32,000 nucleotides of DNA from positions 1,080,001-1,112,000 of the forward strand of contig NZ_CP053627.1 in the NCBI RefSeq assembly GCF_013177435.1. Direction: 5' to 3'. The notes below the pieces were generated by a model. That model did not search any database. It was not told the origin of the DNA and saw nothing but the letters and a program-made list of their open reading frames with translations. Source of the DNA: Xylella taiwanensis. Its GTDB lineage: Bacteria > Pseudomonadota > Gammaproteobacteria > Xanthomonadales > Xanthomonadaceae. Made by a program: the position numbers and the translations under genes. Numbering within the stretch: the first letter of the stretch is position 1; every line of letters starts with the position of its first letter. This document shows, piece after piece, positions 10,142-18,520 of the stretch.

Positions 10142-10208
10142 GTGGTGTGTCCTTGACAAATAACGTCAGTTGGAGCAAGCGCGTGACGCGCTGCAAGATA
10201 AATTAAGG

Positions 10209-11447
10209 TCAGAAGGGTGGGCCGCCGCCAGGAGGGCCCATGCCCTTCTTGGTGCGTTTTTGCGCAGCGGCCTTCAGTTCGGCTTCGGTGGGTGCTGGTG
10301 GAGTTTCACCTGGTGCTAACGTGATGACCTTGCTGCCTGGTTTGAGCCGGAATTGACCTTCGGTCACCACTGTGTCGCCGGCAGCCAAGCCTTTGGCGAT
10401 CTGTACATGGCTGTCACCGATGTCCACGCCTTGAGTGACCACATGGGTGACGACTGTGTGATCGGGCTTGACAAGGTAGACGTAGTCGCCATCTGGGCCA
10501 CGTTGCACAGCCTGTGTCGGAATCACGACACCATTGGCGATGGTGCGCAGTTGCAGGCGCACGTTGACGAACTGACCAGGCCATAGTGTGTTATCGCGGT
10601 TGGAAAACACGGCGCGTGCGCTGAAAGTGCCGCTGTCAGCGTTGATCTGGTTGTTGATCGCATCCAATGTGCCATCCTCGGTCAGTGGGTGTGCATTACC
10701 GCGGTCCAGAGCGGCCACCATCACGGGTCCGGAGGCATGCGCTTCGCGCACGGCTTGCAACAGGCGCTCGGGAAGATTGAATGAGACGTAGATGGGATGA
10801 ATCTGAGTCAAGGTCACGATGGCGGTGCTGGTGGTGACCACGTTGCCAGTATCCACGCCGCGGATCCCGGCGATGCCGTCGATCGGGGCGATGATCCTGG
10901 TGTATTGCAGTTGCACCTGGGCGGCGCGCATTGAGGCTTCGTTCGCGGCCACGGCTGCTTCGTACTGTGCGACTTGGTTACGCTGTGTATCCAACTCTGT
11001 CTTGGCGACGTAGGGTTGGTATTCCAGCGTGCTGGAGCGGGTGTAGTTGGCGCGCGCGGTTGCCAGTAGTGCTTGGTTCTGACGTTTAGCCGCTGCGGCT
11101 TGGTCGTAGCTGGCCTGAAGTGCGCGTGCGTCGATTCTGGCCAGTAACTGGCCTTTTTTGACGGCTTCGCCCTCACGGAAGTGCAGGCTGACCAATTGAC
11201 CGCTGACCTGTGGGTTAATCGTGACGGTATTCAGTGCGGTCACGGTGCCGGGGGCGGTGGCGTATACGGGAACATTTTGGGTGCTCGCTGCGACCACCGT
11301 GACGGGAACTGGATCTGCGTTCTCCTGTTTCCCGGTCTTGGGTGTGTTGTCAGTACCAGCGAGGTGTGCGCTGCTCTTGTCGCGTGGAGTGCATGCGGTG
11401 GCCATGAGTGCTGTGGCCAGCAATGAAATTTTCAAGAAGTACGGCAT
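10209..11447 (-). CDS. mdtA: RND efflux periplasmic adaptor (membrane-fusion protein), MdtA-type lipoprotein (412 aa)
   Basis: ATG 11447 has AGGA 7 nt upstream. The N-terminus MPYFLKISLLATALMATAC has a lipobox-like signal. HlyD/MFP-type motifs are present (coiled-coil QAAAAKRQNQALLATARANYTR, IIAPIDGIAG, barrel-sandwich segments). It is the first gene of the mdtABC-like operon. Confidence 0.9.
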   Translation of the reverse strand: MPYFLKISLLATALMATACTPRDKSSAHLAGTDNTPKTGKQENADPVPVTVVAASTQNVPVYATAPGTVTALNTVTINPQVSGQLVSLHFREGEAVKKGQLLARIDARALQASYDQAAAAKRQNQALLATARANYTRSSTLEYQPYVAKTELDTQRNQVAQYEAAVAANEASMRAAQVQLQYTRIIAPIDGIAGIRGVDTGNVVTTSTAIVTLTQIHPIYVSFNLPERLLQAVREAHASGPVMVAALDRGNAHPLTEDGTLDAINNQINADSGTFSARAVFSNRDNTLWPGQFVNVRLQLRTIANGVVIPTQAVQRGPDGDYVYLVKPDHTVVTHVVTQGVDIGDSHVQIAKGLAAGDTVVTEGQFRLKPGSKVITLAPGETPPAPTEAELKAAAQKRTKKGMGPPGGGPPF

Positions 11448-11619
11448 GACCAAATCCTGGATGCTGAGAGACTTGGTGCCTTCGGCATCCTATCCCCCGG
11501 GTTCGCGACATGGTAGAGCATTGCCGTATGCAACGCTGACCAAAACATGAATAGAGGGGAAGGTGGGTGGTTTTGATGTTGCGGCGGGAACAGTCCTCTG
11601 CAAACGTCAGAACAGCCTC

Positions 11620-11625
11620 TAGAAT
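11620..11625 (+). promoter_or_regulatory. Candidate -10 hexamer TAGAAT immediately upstream of queF (would give a leaderless or near-leaderless mRNA)
   Basis: TAGAAT lies at 11620-11625 and only 6 nt (ccacat) separate it from the queF ATG at 11632. No Shine-Dalgarno-like purine run lies between them. The -35 region is weak (TCTGCA at 17-nt spacing). This is a sequence pattern only. Confidence 0.3.
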
Positions 11626-11631
11626 CCACAT

Positions 11632-12447
11632 ATGAACACCCCCCAGTATTCCGCTCTTGGACACGTGGTGCCCTACCCGAGGGCTTACGATCCGTCGTTA
11701 CTTTTCCCGATCTCCCGTGCTGTAGCGCGTACTCATATTGGTATCGGTGTGGTGCTGCCGTTCGTGGGTGAGGATCGCTGGCATGCTTATGAGCTGAGTT
11801 GGTTGGATGCGCGCGGCAAGCCCTGTGTGGCGACCGCTACTTTGCATGTGCCGTGCGATTCGCCCTGTTTGATCGAATCTAAATCGCTCAAGCTCTATCT
11901 CAATTCGTTCAATGCCGAGACATTCGATAGTGCTGAGGTGTTGCGCATGCGTATCGCCACTGATGTGTCGGTGTGCGCTGGTGCGGCGGTTACGGTTGAA
12001 TTTGGGTTGCCGCCGGCCGTTATGTGTCACACAGCAATGTCGCTTGATGGACTGAATGTGGCCATGGATGACTACGGTCCGCCGAATCCAGATTATTTGT
12101 CCATGGCTGCTCAGGATTTTGTTGAAGAAACCCTGACCTCCGCTTTGTTCAAGTCCAATTGCCCAGTGACTGGTCAGCCAGACTGGGCCAGCGTGACGGT
12201 GCGTTACTTCGGTGCGCCGCTGGACCACGAGGGTTTGTTACGCTACTTGGTCAGTTTCCGCAATCACGCTGCATTCCACGAGCAATGCGTGGAGCGTATT
12301 TTCCAGGATGTGTTACAGCGATGCGCGCCGCAATGGCTCGCCGTAGAGGCGCGTTACACCCGCCGCGGCGGCCTGGATATCAATCCTCTGCGTGCCACGC
12401 CGGATATGGCGTCGCCTATCCCGGTGTTCCGTGACCCGCGTCAATAG
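11632..12447 (+). CDS. queF: NADPH-dependent 7-cyano-7-deazaguanine (preQ0) reductase, bimodular type II QueF (271 aa)
   Basis: Colinear with E. coli QueF as I remember it: [91 protein letters not shown]. An in-frame TAG three codons upstream fixes the start at 11632. Confidence 0.92.
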   Translation: MNTPQYSALGHVVPYPRAYDPSLLFPISRAVARTHIGIGVVLPFVGEDRWHAYELSWLDARGKPCVATATLHVPCDSPCLIESKSLKLYLNSFNAETFDSAEVLRMRIATDVSVCAGAAVTVEFGLPPAVMCHTAMSLDGLNVAMDDYGPPNPDYLSMAAQDFVEETLTSALFKSNCPVTGQPDWASVTVRYFGAPLDHEGLLRYLVSFRNHAAFHEQCVERIFQDVLQRCAPQWLAVEARYTRRGGLDINPLRATPDMASPIPVFRDPRQ

Positions 12448-12469
12448 TGCGTCGTTGCTGTGGATGTGG

Positions 12470-13234
12470 TGTTTGGGCTTTGTCCGTTTGTACGAGGCAG
12501 CCGCCGAGAGCAACACAAGGACGGTTGCCATTGAAGTCTTGATGTGCCTGCCCAATGGGTTACACGCTCTACCATTGTCAATGACGTCATCTGCCACGAC
12601 AATGCCACCCCCTAAGGCGCTGCAAAAATGGCTAAAGCAGATGCGGGTTGCTGCCAAGTCGGTGTGACAGCCGTAGTGTGTGCCCTTCTAACTCATGGCA
12701 CTGTGCTTAAAGGGAGACTCAAAAATCCCCCAAGCTGTTGTAACAGTCCAGGGGCTGGTCGTTGTTTGTCGATCATGTTCCCGATGTTCTTAAAGTTCCA
12801 GCTCAGTTGCGCGATGTGCGAAATGACGGCGGCTTGCGTTTTAATGTGCTGCGATCTGCTGTGGTGTTCAATCGGCGTTATCCTGAGCCGGCTGCTGCGT
12901 TGTCGAAAGATCGTTTTACTTTGTGGATCGCTCTAGATTTTTTAGCAAGTTCATATTGCCCAGGCGATATATCAGTGCTGCGGCGTCATCGTGACTAAAT
13001 CCTCAGCAGTTCTCTGGGGAATGCTGTGGAAGCACGTTCCCGATGTTGCAAGCATTGATAGTGTAGTGGTCATCATGATCCGGAAGGTACTTTCCGAGAG
13101 CGCAGAGGATAAAGCGGACCATACGGTTGTTGTGCGTCTTCATAGACGTGGTTGGCCAGCTTTATCTGGCTGACATTGGCAGCGGCAATGTGGTGACCGA
13201 AGACTTCAAGCCACTGAGGACAGTGGTCGCTCAT
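12470..13234 (-). pseudogene. Decayed ComF-family / type-I phosphoribosyltransferase-like gene (frameshifts and in-frame stops)
   Basis: The minus strand shows a clean PRPP-loop motif, GGGIVVADDVIDNGRAC (VVADDVIDNG = 12571-12600), followed by ATVLVLLSAAA. In a different frame just upstream is LLQQLGGFLSLPLSTVP*VRRAHTTAVTPTWQQPASALAIFAAP. The order resembles ComF-type proteins (..LG.PL....lrRvr.T..Q..l....R..N..gAF.v, then vlLVDDV.TTG.T, then v.vl.laR). Further upstream an ATG at 13234 opens a 56-codon frame (MSDHCPQWLEVFGHH...) that ends in TGA, and more fragments follow in other frames. Total span is about 760 nt, the usual ComF size. Assigning it to ComF rather than a generic PRTase is tentative. 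Confidence 0.35.
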
Positions 13235-13454
13235 GGTCTTTATCTATAGTTAAGACAGACGCAGGCTTCCCATTGGCCTGCCAGCGTCTGCATGATCCCT
13301 ATTGAATATCCTAAGGGACGTTGCTGAGAGAATAGTATGGTTAGGACGATGATGCATGGTTGCTAACGTCTTATACACGCGATACGCGCGGCAGCGCGGT
13401 AAACGCCAAAACAGGATGGGAAGGTCGAATCAAGCCATCATCGTTGTTGCAGTT

Positions 13455-13760
13455 TCATGTTTTGCTAATAGGATCACACTCATCTTGATGCTCAGCCGTT
13501 TTGGAAACATGGGTACCGTTGTTTTCGGTGGAGTTGTATGGCTCGGTCGTTTCTTTGAGTTTCAATGCAGCGCCGATGCTGGCGAAGATGGAACCCATGC
13601 CGAAGCAGAACGCTTGGGGGTCGAAGGCTTGGCCACGCCAGACGACGGTGTAGATTGTCAGAGCTAGTGCTATAAAGACGACAAGAATACCAAGCCAGCG
13701 CACTAAATCATGCGTCTGATTATCTTTGCCGGTGAGCAGTTGCTTGATGATTTCACTCAT
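13455..13760 (-). CDS. Small membrane protein, 101 aa, two predicted TM helices plus a hydrophilic tail (class-II-holin-like topology; family not recognised)
   Basis: ATG 13760 has GGAG 7 nt upstream (..CCGGAGTAGGCGCATG). The protein is MSEIIKQLLTGKDNQTHDLVRWLGILVVFIALALTIYTVVW..AFCFGMGSIFASIGAALKL followed by a polar C-terminus. Its start overlaps the stop of the upstream small ORF (ATGA). The 36-codon extension in the ORF track is unlikely to be real. Confidence 0.45.
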   Translation of the reverse strand: MSEIIKQLLTGKDNQTHDLVRWLGILVVFIALALTIYTVVWRGQAFDPQAFCFGMGSIFASIGAALKLKETTEPYNSTENNGTHVSKTAEHQDECDPISKT

Positions 13761-13954
13761 GCGCCTACTCCGGTGTTGCAGCGCTTGGATAGCCCAGTGT
13801 CGTTCCATTGAATTTTGACAATGACCAGTATGCAGACCAGCATGCTTAACGCCAACATGCTTGCGCATCGTTTAGCTTCGGGGGCAATGTAGAACAGCAC
13901 TGCTAACATTAATACGCTGCTTAGATTGGGGGAGAATGCGTGTAATCGAAACAT
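13757..13954 (-). CDS. Small membrane protein, about 65 aa, two predicted TM helices (start uncertain; the ORF is open to 14095)
   Basis: Read from ATG 13954 the product is MFRLHAFSPNLSSVLMLAVLFYIAPEAKRCASMLALSMLVCILVIVKIQW.... Its TGA stop overlaps the ATG of the next ORF (ATGA at 13757-13760). The ribosome-binding site is weak and none of the possible starts is convincing. Confidence 0.3.
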   Translation of the reverse strand: MFRLHAFSPNLSSVLMLAVLFYIAPEAKRCASMLALSMLVCILVIVKIQWNDTGLSKRCNTGVGA

Positions 13955-15157
13955 ATTGATTTTCCGGAGATATTGCTGGATAGCTTGGCTTTTTAGTTCT
14001 TTATGTGTTGCACGGTTTCGATGATGGGGATCTCCACTTTGGACGGCGCGTTGCGCAATCCAAGTGTGGAACTTAGAGCTCATGGATATTGGCATCCACG
14101 CTGTGGTGATCGTCGCTTGGCATCAGCATGCCGTCAATCTTGCAATGGCTGTGGATTAACACTAAGTTGACACTGTCGTCCCGGATCTTTGTTATTGGTG
14201 CCTTTACTTAGTGTTGTTGGGACACAGTCAGCGGATAGTCTGCATGATTGCTTGTTCTATTGAGGGCTTGAGGCCCAGATGGCCGGAAACTTGTCGTTGA
14301 CCGCGTCGATGCTGGTTTTCGTCGCCGTCTGATGGGTTACTGCAGTAATGGAAGATTGGGTGTCCAGGTTGCCAACAGCAGTAACGGTGTTGGAGGATCT
14401 TTGTGCGCTGACATCAATGCAAGCTCCGTTGATCGCTTTCTATCTATTCCAGGTCCTGACCGGGGATGGCCGGTCTCTGATTGAATAGATATCTTGTAAT
14501 GTGGGTCAAGATAGTACGATGCGATCGTCGCGTGTGATGACACATTCCCCGCCGCTTTCTTGCAGCGATGACGTGGTGTCCATAGATTTTGGAACCCATG
14601 TTGCGAGGAGGGAAGGATCAGGTTCACACATATGGTCCTGCTGACGATATGGTGTCTGTACAGCATTGTCAGTCGTCGTGACTGTCAATGCCATTCGTGA
14701 CATTGATTGAATTGCTTAGGCAACGTTGCAGCAAAGCAATGCTGCCGTTGTTGCTGATCGGTCATGGTGTGTAGGGAGCAGGCGTATTAAGGTTAATGCA
14801 TGCACTCATTCAGTCATGACATGTTGCCTGACCAATGACGAGTGCTGAGGTGATGTGCATTTTGAGTGTGCAGATAGCACATGTGTTATGCAACCGCACG
14901 TTGTGTGGGTTCAAAGTGAAGGTGGCGTATATACATGATGTGATTTCTCTCTCAATTCATCATTTCTGATATCACATGCTTTTAACTTGCCTGTTAATCT
15001 TGCAATAGCTCAGTTCTAGCCGGGCATATGGGGAGCCGGCAGCGTTGGTGGAACGAGCGTCAGGCTTACCAGGGGAGTCACTGGGAGTCGAGTTGATGTG
15101 ATTACGGATGGTCTGCTACCGTCCGGTGCCAGCTGCGCCTTTTGCGCGCTGCATGCC

Positions 15158-15190
15158 GCGGCAGTCATGGAGGACTGCCGCTTCTTTTTT
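15158..15190 (+). terminator. Rho-independent terminator, not attached to any recognisable gene
   Basis: Perfect 9-bp GC-rich stem, GCGGCAGTC (15158-15166) paired with GACTGCCGC (15173-15181). The loop is 6 nt (ATGGAG). It is followed directly by TTCTTTTTT (15182-15190). No T-run follows on the minus strand, so it should act only on the + strand. Confidence 0.6.
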
Positions 15191-15772
15191 AGCTTGATGT
15201 CAGATTGACCACTTTGGGGCGTGGCCTCATGGGCGGGTATGTTTTTGTATTCATTAAGGGAAATAGGCGTACTGCTTATGAAAGTTGTGTATTGCGGGTA
15301 AGTCTCACAGCCCAGCCGGTGTTGCAGTGTGACCTTGGATGAGGTGCGTGATCGCGCTTGTTGTTAGGAAGTAAGATCATGTTGATGTGTCAACGTTTCC
15401 TGGATTACTCGTGTTGTTAGATATCTGGTTGCATTAGGTGGTAGCAGGGTAGTCAATGCACCTAGCAGGGTGATGTGTGCGGCAGCCATCGTGAGTCGAT
15501 CTGGCTAAATGATTCGGCTGTACAGTATGTTGTTGGTGTCCATGTGATCAGCACTTGCCCGATTTAGATACAACGTTGCTGCGTGGGTTCATTCTGAATC
15601 GAGGTGCTGAGTGTTCAGCATTGTTTTTATTTTAGGCGTGTGTGCTGCAGAGGACATTGCAGTGAATGCTGCTCGACGGTACACACGGATGTACTGAATG
15701 AGGATTCGGCTCAGCTAGTTGCTTACTGCGTTGTTGAGGGTGTCCAGTATCCGATGCACTTCTTCCCACTTC

Positions 15773-15991
15773 TTAGGCAAAGTGTTGTTCGAGTGACCGC
15801 AGGGCGTGTCGCGCCTTACTTAGTGGACAGTGCTTGGCGACCAAGCGGGTAGAACCTGCGTCCATGCCACTGTGCCTTTGTGGAGAGAGTACGTGTGCTG
15901 ATTGTCTGCTGAGGGAGAGTGGGAACTCAGCGACTCTGGAAAGGCGGCTGTTCTCGGTCGCGGTAACACATGTGTCAGGGGGCAACTCCAT
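15773..15991 (-). pseudogene. N-terminal stub of a LysR-type transcriptional regulator, divergent from leuC (72 codons then stop; the remainder has decayed)
   Basis: The 72-aa ORF MELPPDTCVTATENSRLSRVAEFPLSLSRQ...GSTRLVAKHCPLSKARHALRSLEQHFA* follows the LTTR winged-HTH template (M.L..L..FvAVAEeGSFTrAAe.L..SQpALSRQI..LE..LG..LF.R..R.v.LTeAGe.L). CVTATENSRLSRVAE matches FVAVAEEGSFTRAAE, LSLSRQ matches ALSRQ, and PLSKARHAL matches RLTEAGEAL. There are small indels. After the stop another frame reads EEVHRILDTLNNAV, which resembles ..ARRIL.EL..A. It lies 141 bp from the leuC start in the classic divergent LTTR arrangement. Confidence 0.4.
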
Positions 15992-16132
15992 ACCAAATCT
16001 CTAATGCCCAATGATTTCGAGGTTTCAAAAATGTGGATTCGTTTTATCGATCTTGAGTGCTTGATCTAGTATCGTGGTTCAAAGCCGGTGGCGCCAGTCG
16101 CCGATTATCAGAACCACCTAGGAATCGCCGCT

Positions 16133-17560
16133 ATGGCCGGTAAGACCCTGTATGACAAATTGTGGGACCTTCATGAGGTGGCGCGTCGCGATGATGGTTC
16201 TTCGCTGATCTACATCGATCGTCATATCCTGCATGAGGTGACTTCGCCACAGGCTTTTGAAGGACTCCGTTTGGCTGGGCGGCAGTTGTGGCGGATCGAT
16301 GCCAACATCGCTACTCCCGATCATAATGTGCCGACTACTCATGGGGAGCGTCAAGGCGGTTTGCTCGCCATTGCAGATCCTGTGTCGCGCCTGCAAGTGC
16401 AGACATTGGACGAAAATTGCGATGATTTCGGTATCCTCCAGTTTAAGATGAACGATGTTCGCCAGGGCATCGTCCACGTGATCGGTCCGGAACAGGGAGC
16501 TACTTTGCCTGGTATGACGGTGGTGTGCGGTGATTCGCACACATCCACACACGGTGCGTTTGGTGCGTTGGCACATGGCATCGGGACCTCTGAGGTCGAG
16601 CATGTGCTGGCCACGCAATGCTTGGTCACCAAGAAGATGAAAAACATGCAGGTGCGTGTGGAAGGCGCCCTGTCATGGGGTGTGACTGCCAAAGATATCG
16701 TGTTGGCGTTGATCGGAAAGATAGGCACCGCCGGTGGCAACGGTCATGCGGTGGAGTTTGCTGGTAGTACGATCCGCGCTTTGTCGATGGAAGGGCGCAT
16801 GACCATGTGTAATATGGCAATTGAAGCAGGTGCGCGCGTGGGTATGGTGGCGGTGGACGAGAAGACGATCGACTATGTGTGTGGTCGTCCGTTTGCGCCC
16901 AAGGGCCCCGATTGGGACGCTGCTGTGGCGCTGTGGCGCGGTTTGGTCTCTGATCCGGACGCGCACTTCGATCGTGTGGTTGAGTTATGTGCCGAGGAGA
17001 TCAAACCGCAGGTGACCTGGGGGACCTCGCCGGAGATGGTGTCGGCGGTGGATCAATCTGTGCCGGACCCGGAGTGCGAAGCAGATCCTGTGAAGAAGGA
17101 GTCGATGATTCGTGCTCTGAAATACATGGGCTTGCAGGCGAACCAGCCGATCACTGAAATCCGGCTGGACCGTGTGTTTATTGGCTCCTGCACGAATTCC
17201 CGTATTGAGGATCTGCGTGTGGCGGCGGCGGTCGTCAAAGGCCGTAAAGTTGCTCCCACAGTGAAACAGGCGCTGGTCGTGCCTGGCTCGGGATTGGTGA
17301 AGGCACAGGCTGAAGTTGAGGGTTTGGACAAGGTGTTTGTCGAGGCTGGTTTTGAGTGGCGTGAGCCTGGATGTTCGATGTGCTTGGCGATGAATCCCGA
17401 CAAATTGGGCAGTGGCGAACATTGCGCATCTACTTCTAATCGTAATTTTGAGGGGCGTCAGGGCAACGGCGGCTGCACTCATTTAGTCAGCCCCGCGATG
17501 GCAGCAGCAGCAGCGGTGGCTGGTCACTTTGTCGATGTCCGCGAGTTGATGCGGTCATGA
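16133..17560 (+). CDS. leuC: 3-isopropylmalate dehydratase large subunit (475 aa)
   Basis: From ATG 16133 (AGGAA 8 nt upstream) the sequence [133 protein letters not shown] is colinear with E. coli LeuC. The 15-codon GTG extension in the ORF track is unnecessary. Confidence 0.95.
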   Translation: MAGKTLYDKLWDLHEVARRDDGSSLIYIDRHILHEVTSPQAFEGLRLAGRQLWRIDANIATPDHNVPTTHGERQGGLLAIADPVSRLQVQTLDENCDDFGILQFKMNDVRQGIVHVIGPEQGATLPGMTVVCGDSHTSTHGAFGALAHGIGTSEVEHVLATQCLVTKKMKNMQVRVEGALSWGVTAKDIVLALIGKIGTAGGNGHAVEFAGSTIRALSMEGRMTMCNMAIEAGARVGMVAVDEKTIDYVCGRPFAPKGPDWDAAVALWRGLVSDPDAHFDRVVELCAEEIKPQVTWGTSPEMVSAVDQSVPDPECEADPVKKESMIRALKYMGLQANQPITEIRLDRVFIGSCTNSRIEDLRVAAAVVKGRKVAPTVKQALVVPGSGLVKAQAEVEGLDKVFVEAGFEWREPGCSMCLAMNPDKLGSGEHCASTSNRNFEGRQGNGGCTHLVSPAMAAAAAVAGHFVDVRELMRS

Positions 17561-17859
17561 ATACATCACATCGGAAAATCTTCTTTAAATCTCCTTTGCA
17601 TGTGCTTGGAGATGGTGTAGCAATTGCAAGGCGGCTGAAATCAGCCGAATGGTCGATCCATATTGGGCGATATGTGTGTTGGCAGTGCTGTGCTTGGATT
17701 GTTCCGACGGACGATTGGCGGACATACTCCCGAAAAAAGTCCTGGCTGTATTGCGAGTATTCCCCAAGCGGTTGCTTCTTTGGATTTAGCGGCGTAATAA
17801 AACGATTTTGCGCTCTATGAGCGTAGAGTACATATAGAGCATTTAAGCATTGGTGATGC

Positions 17860-18510
17860 ATGATGAAACCGTTTACCCAACACACCGGCTTGGTCTGTCC
17901 GCTCGATCGCGTTAATGTCGATACCGATCAGATTATTCCCAAGCAATTTTTAAAGTCGATCAAGCGCACCGGTTTCGGTCCTAATCTGTTCGACGAGTGG
18001 CGCTATTTGGATGTGGGTCAACCTGGACAAGACAATAGCAGGCGCCCCCTCAATGCTGATTTTGTGTTGAATTTCCCCCGTTATGCCGGGGCGAGCGTGT
18101 TATTGGCGCGCGAGAATTTTGGCTGTGGCTCCTCGCGTGAACATGCCGCGTGGGCGCTGGACGAATATGGCTTCCGTGTAGTGATCGCGCCGAGCTTTGC
18201 CGACATCTTTTTTAACAACAGCTTCAAGAATGGCTTGCTACCGGTCGTGTTGAATAACGTTGAGGTCGACGCACTGTTTGCGCAGTGCAAGGTGACCGAG
18301 AGTTACACACTGACGGTGGATTTAGCGGCACAGCGAGTGATTGACCCGGACGGCATGACCTACGCTTTCGAGATCGACACGTTCCGTAAGCATTGTTTGC
18401 TTAACGGCCTAGATGATATTGGGCTGACGTTACAGGATGCTGAGGCAATCCGTGCTTTCGAGGGTGCGCATCGTATGCGCCAACCGTGGTTGTTTGCACC
18501 GTTGCGCTGA
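17860..18510 (+). CDS. leuD: 3-isopropylmalate dehydratase small subunit (216 aa)
   Basis: [78 protein letters not shown] is the canonical LeuD pattern. Confidence 0.95.
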   Translation: MMKPFTQHTGLVCPLDRVNVDTDQIIPKQFLKSIKRTGFGPNLFDEWRYLDVGQPGQDNSRRPLNADFVLNFPRYAGASVLLARENFGCGSSREHAAWALDEYGFRVVIAPSFADIFFNNSFKNGLLPVVLNNVEVDALFAQCKVTESYTLTVDLAAQRVIDPDGMTYAFEIDTFRKHCLLNGLDDIGLTLQDAEAIRAFEGAHRMRQPWLFAPLR

Positions 18511-18520
18511 ATCCCGATTG

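Noticed and set aside
10209-10260. Gly/Pro-rich C-terminal tail of MdtA (..KKGMGPPGGGPPF)
   Set aside because: It is unusual-looking, but adaptor C-termini are variable and disordered. There is nothing here to test beyond alignment, so it is not worth a finding.
14257-14439. 60-codon open stretch on the minus strand, KAINGACIDVSAQRSSNTVTAVGNLDTQSSITAVTHQTATKTSIDAVNDKF..., reminiscent of phage tail-fibre or adhesin repeats
   Set aside because: It has no start codon and is too short, and low-complexity Ser/Thr/Ala text arises easily by chance. It would fit a prophage-remnant story with the holin-like pair, but I cannot support it.
15019-15157. Attempt to classify the sequence upstream of the orphan terminator as a known RNA (tmRNA, 6S, SRP/4.5S, RNase P, cobalamin, TPP, c-di-GMP, fluoride or guanidine riboswitches, or a leu leader peptide)
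   Set aside because: None of the signature boxes I know are present, and there is no run of Leu codons. It remains an unclassified candidate only.
16060-16100. tRNA-like 3' end (..GGTTCAAAGCCGGTGGCGCCA) just upstream of leuC
   Set aside because: The flanks of the TTCAAAG loop are not complementary, so there is no T-arm. No acceptor or anticodon stems can be drawn either. It is a coincidental resemblance.
17557-17820. 87-aa ORF starting with ATGA overlap on the leuC stop
   Set aside because: Six Cys and five Trp in 87 residues, no recognisable fold or TM pattern, and AT-rich codons. The ATGA overlap is suggestive, but the product looks non-biological. I kept it only as part of the spacer finding.
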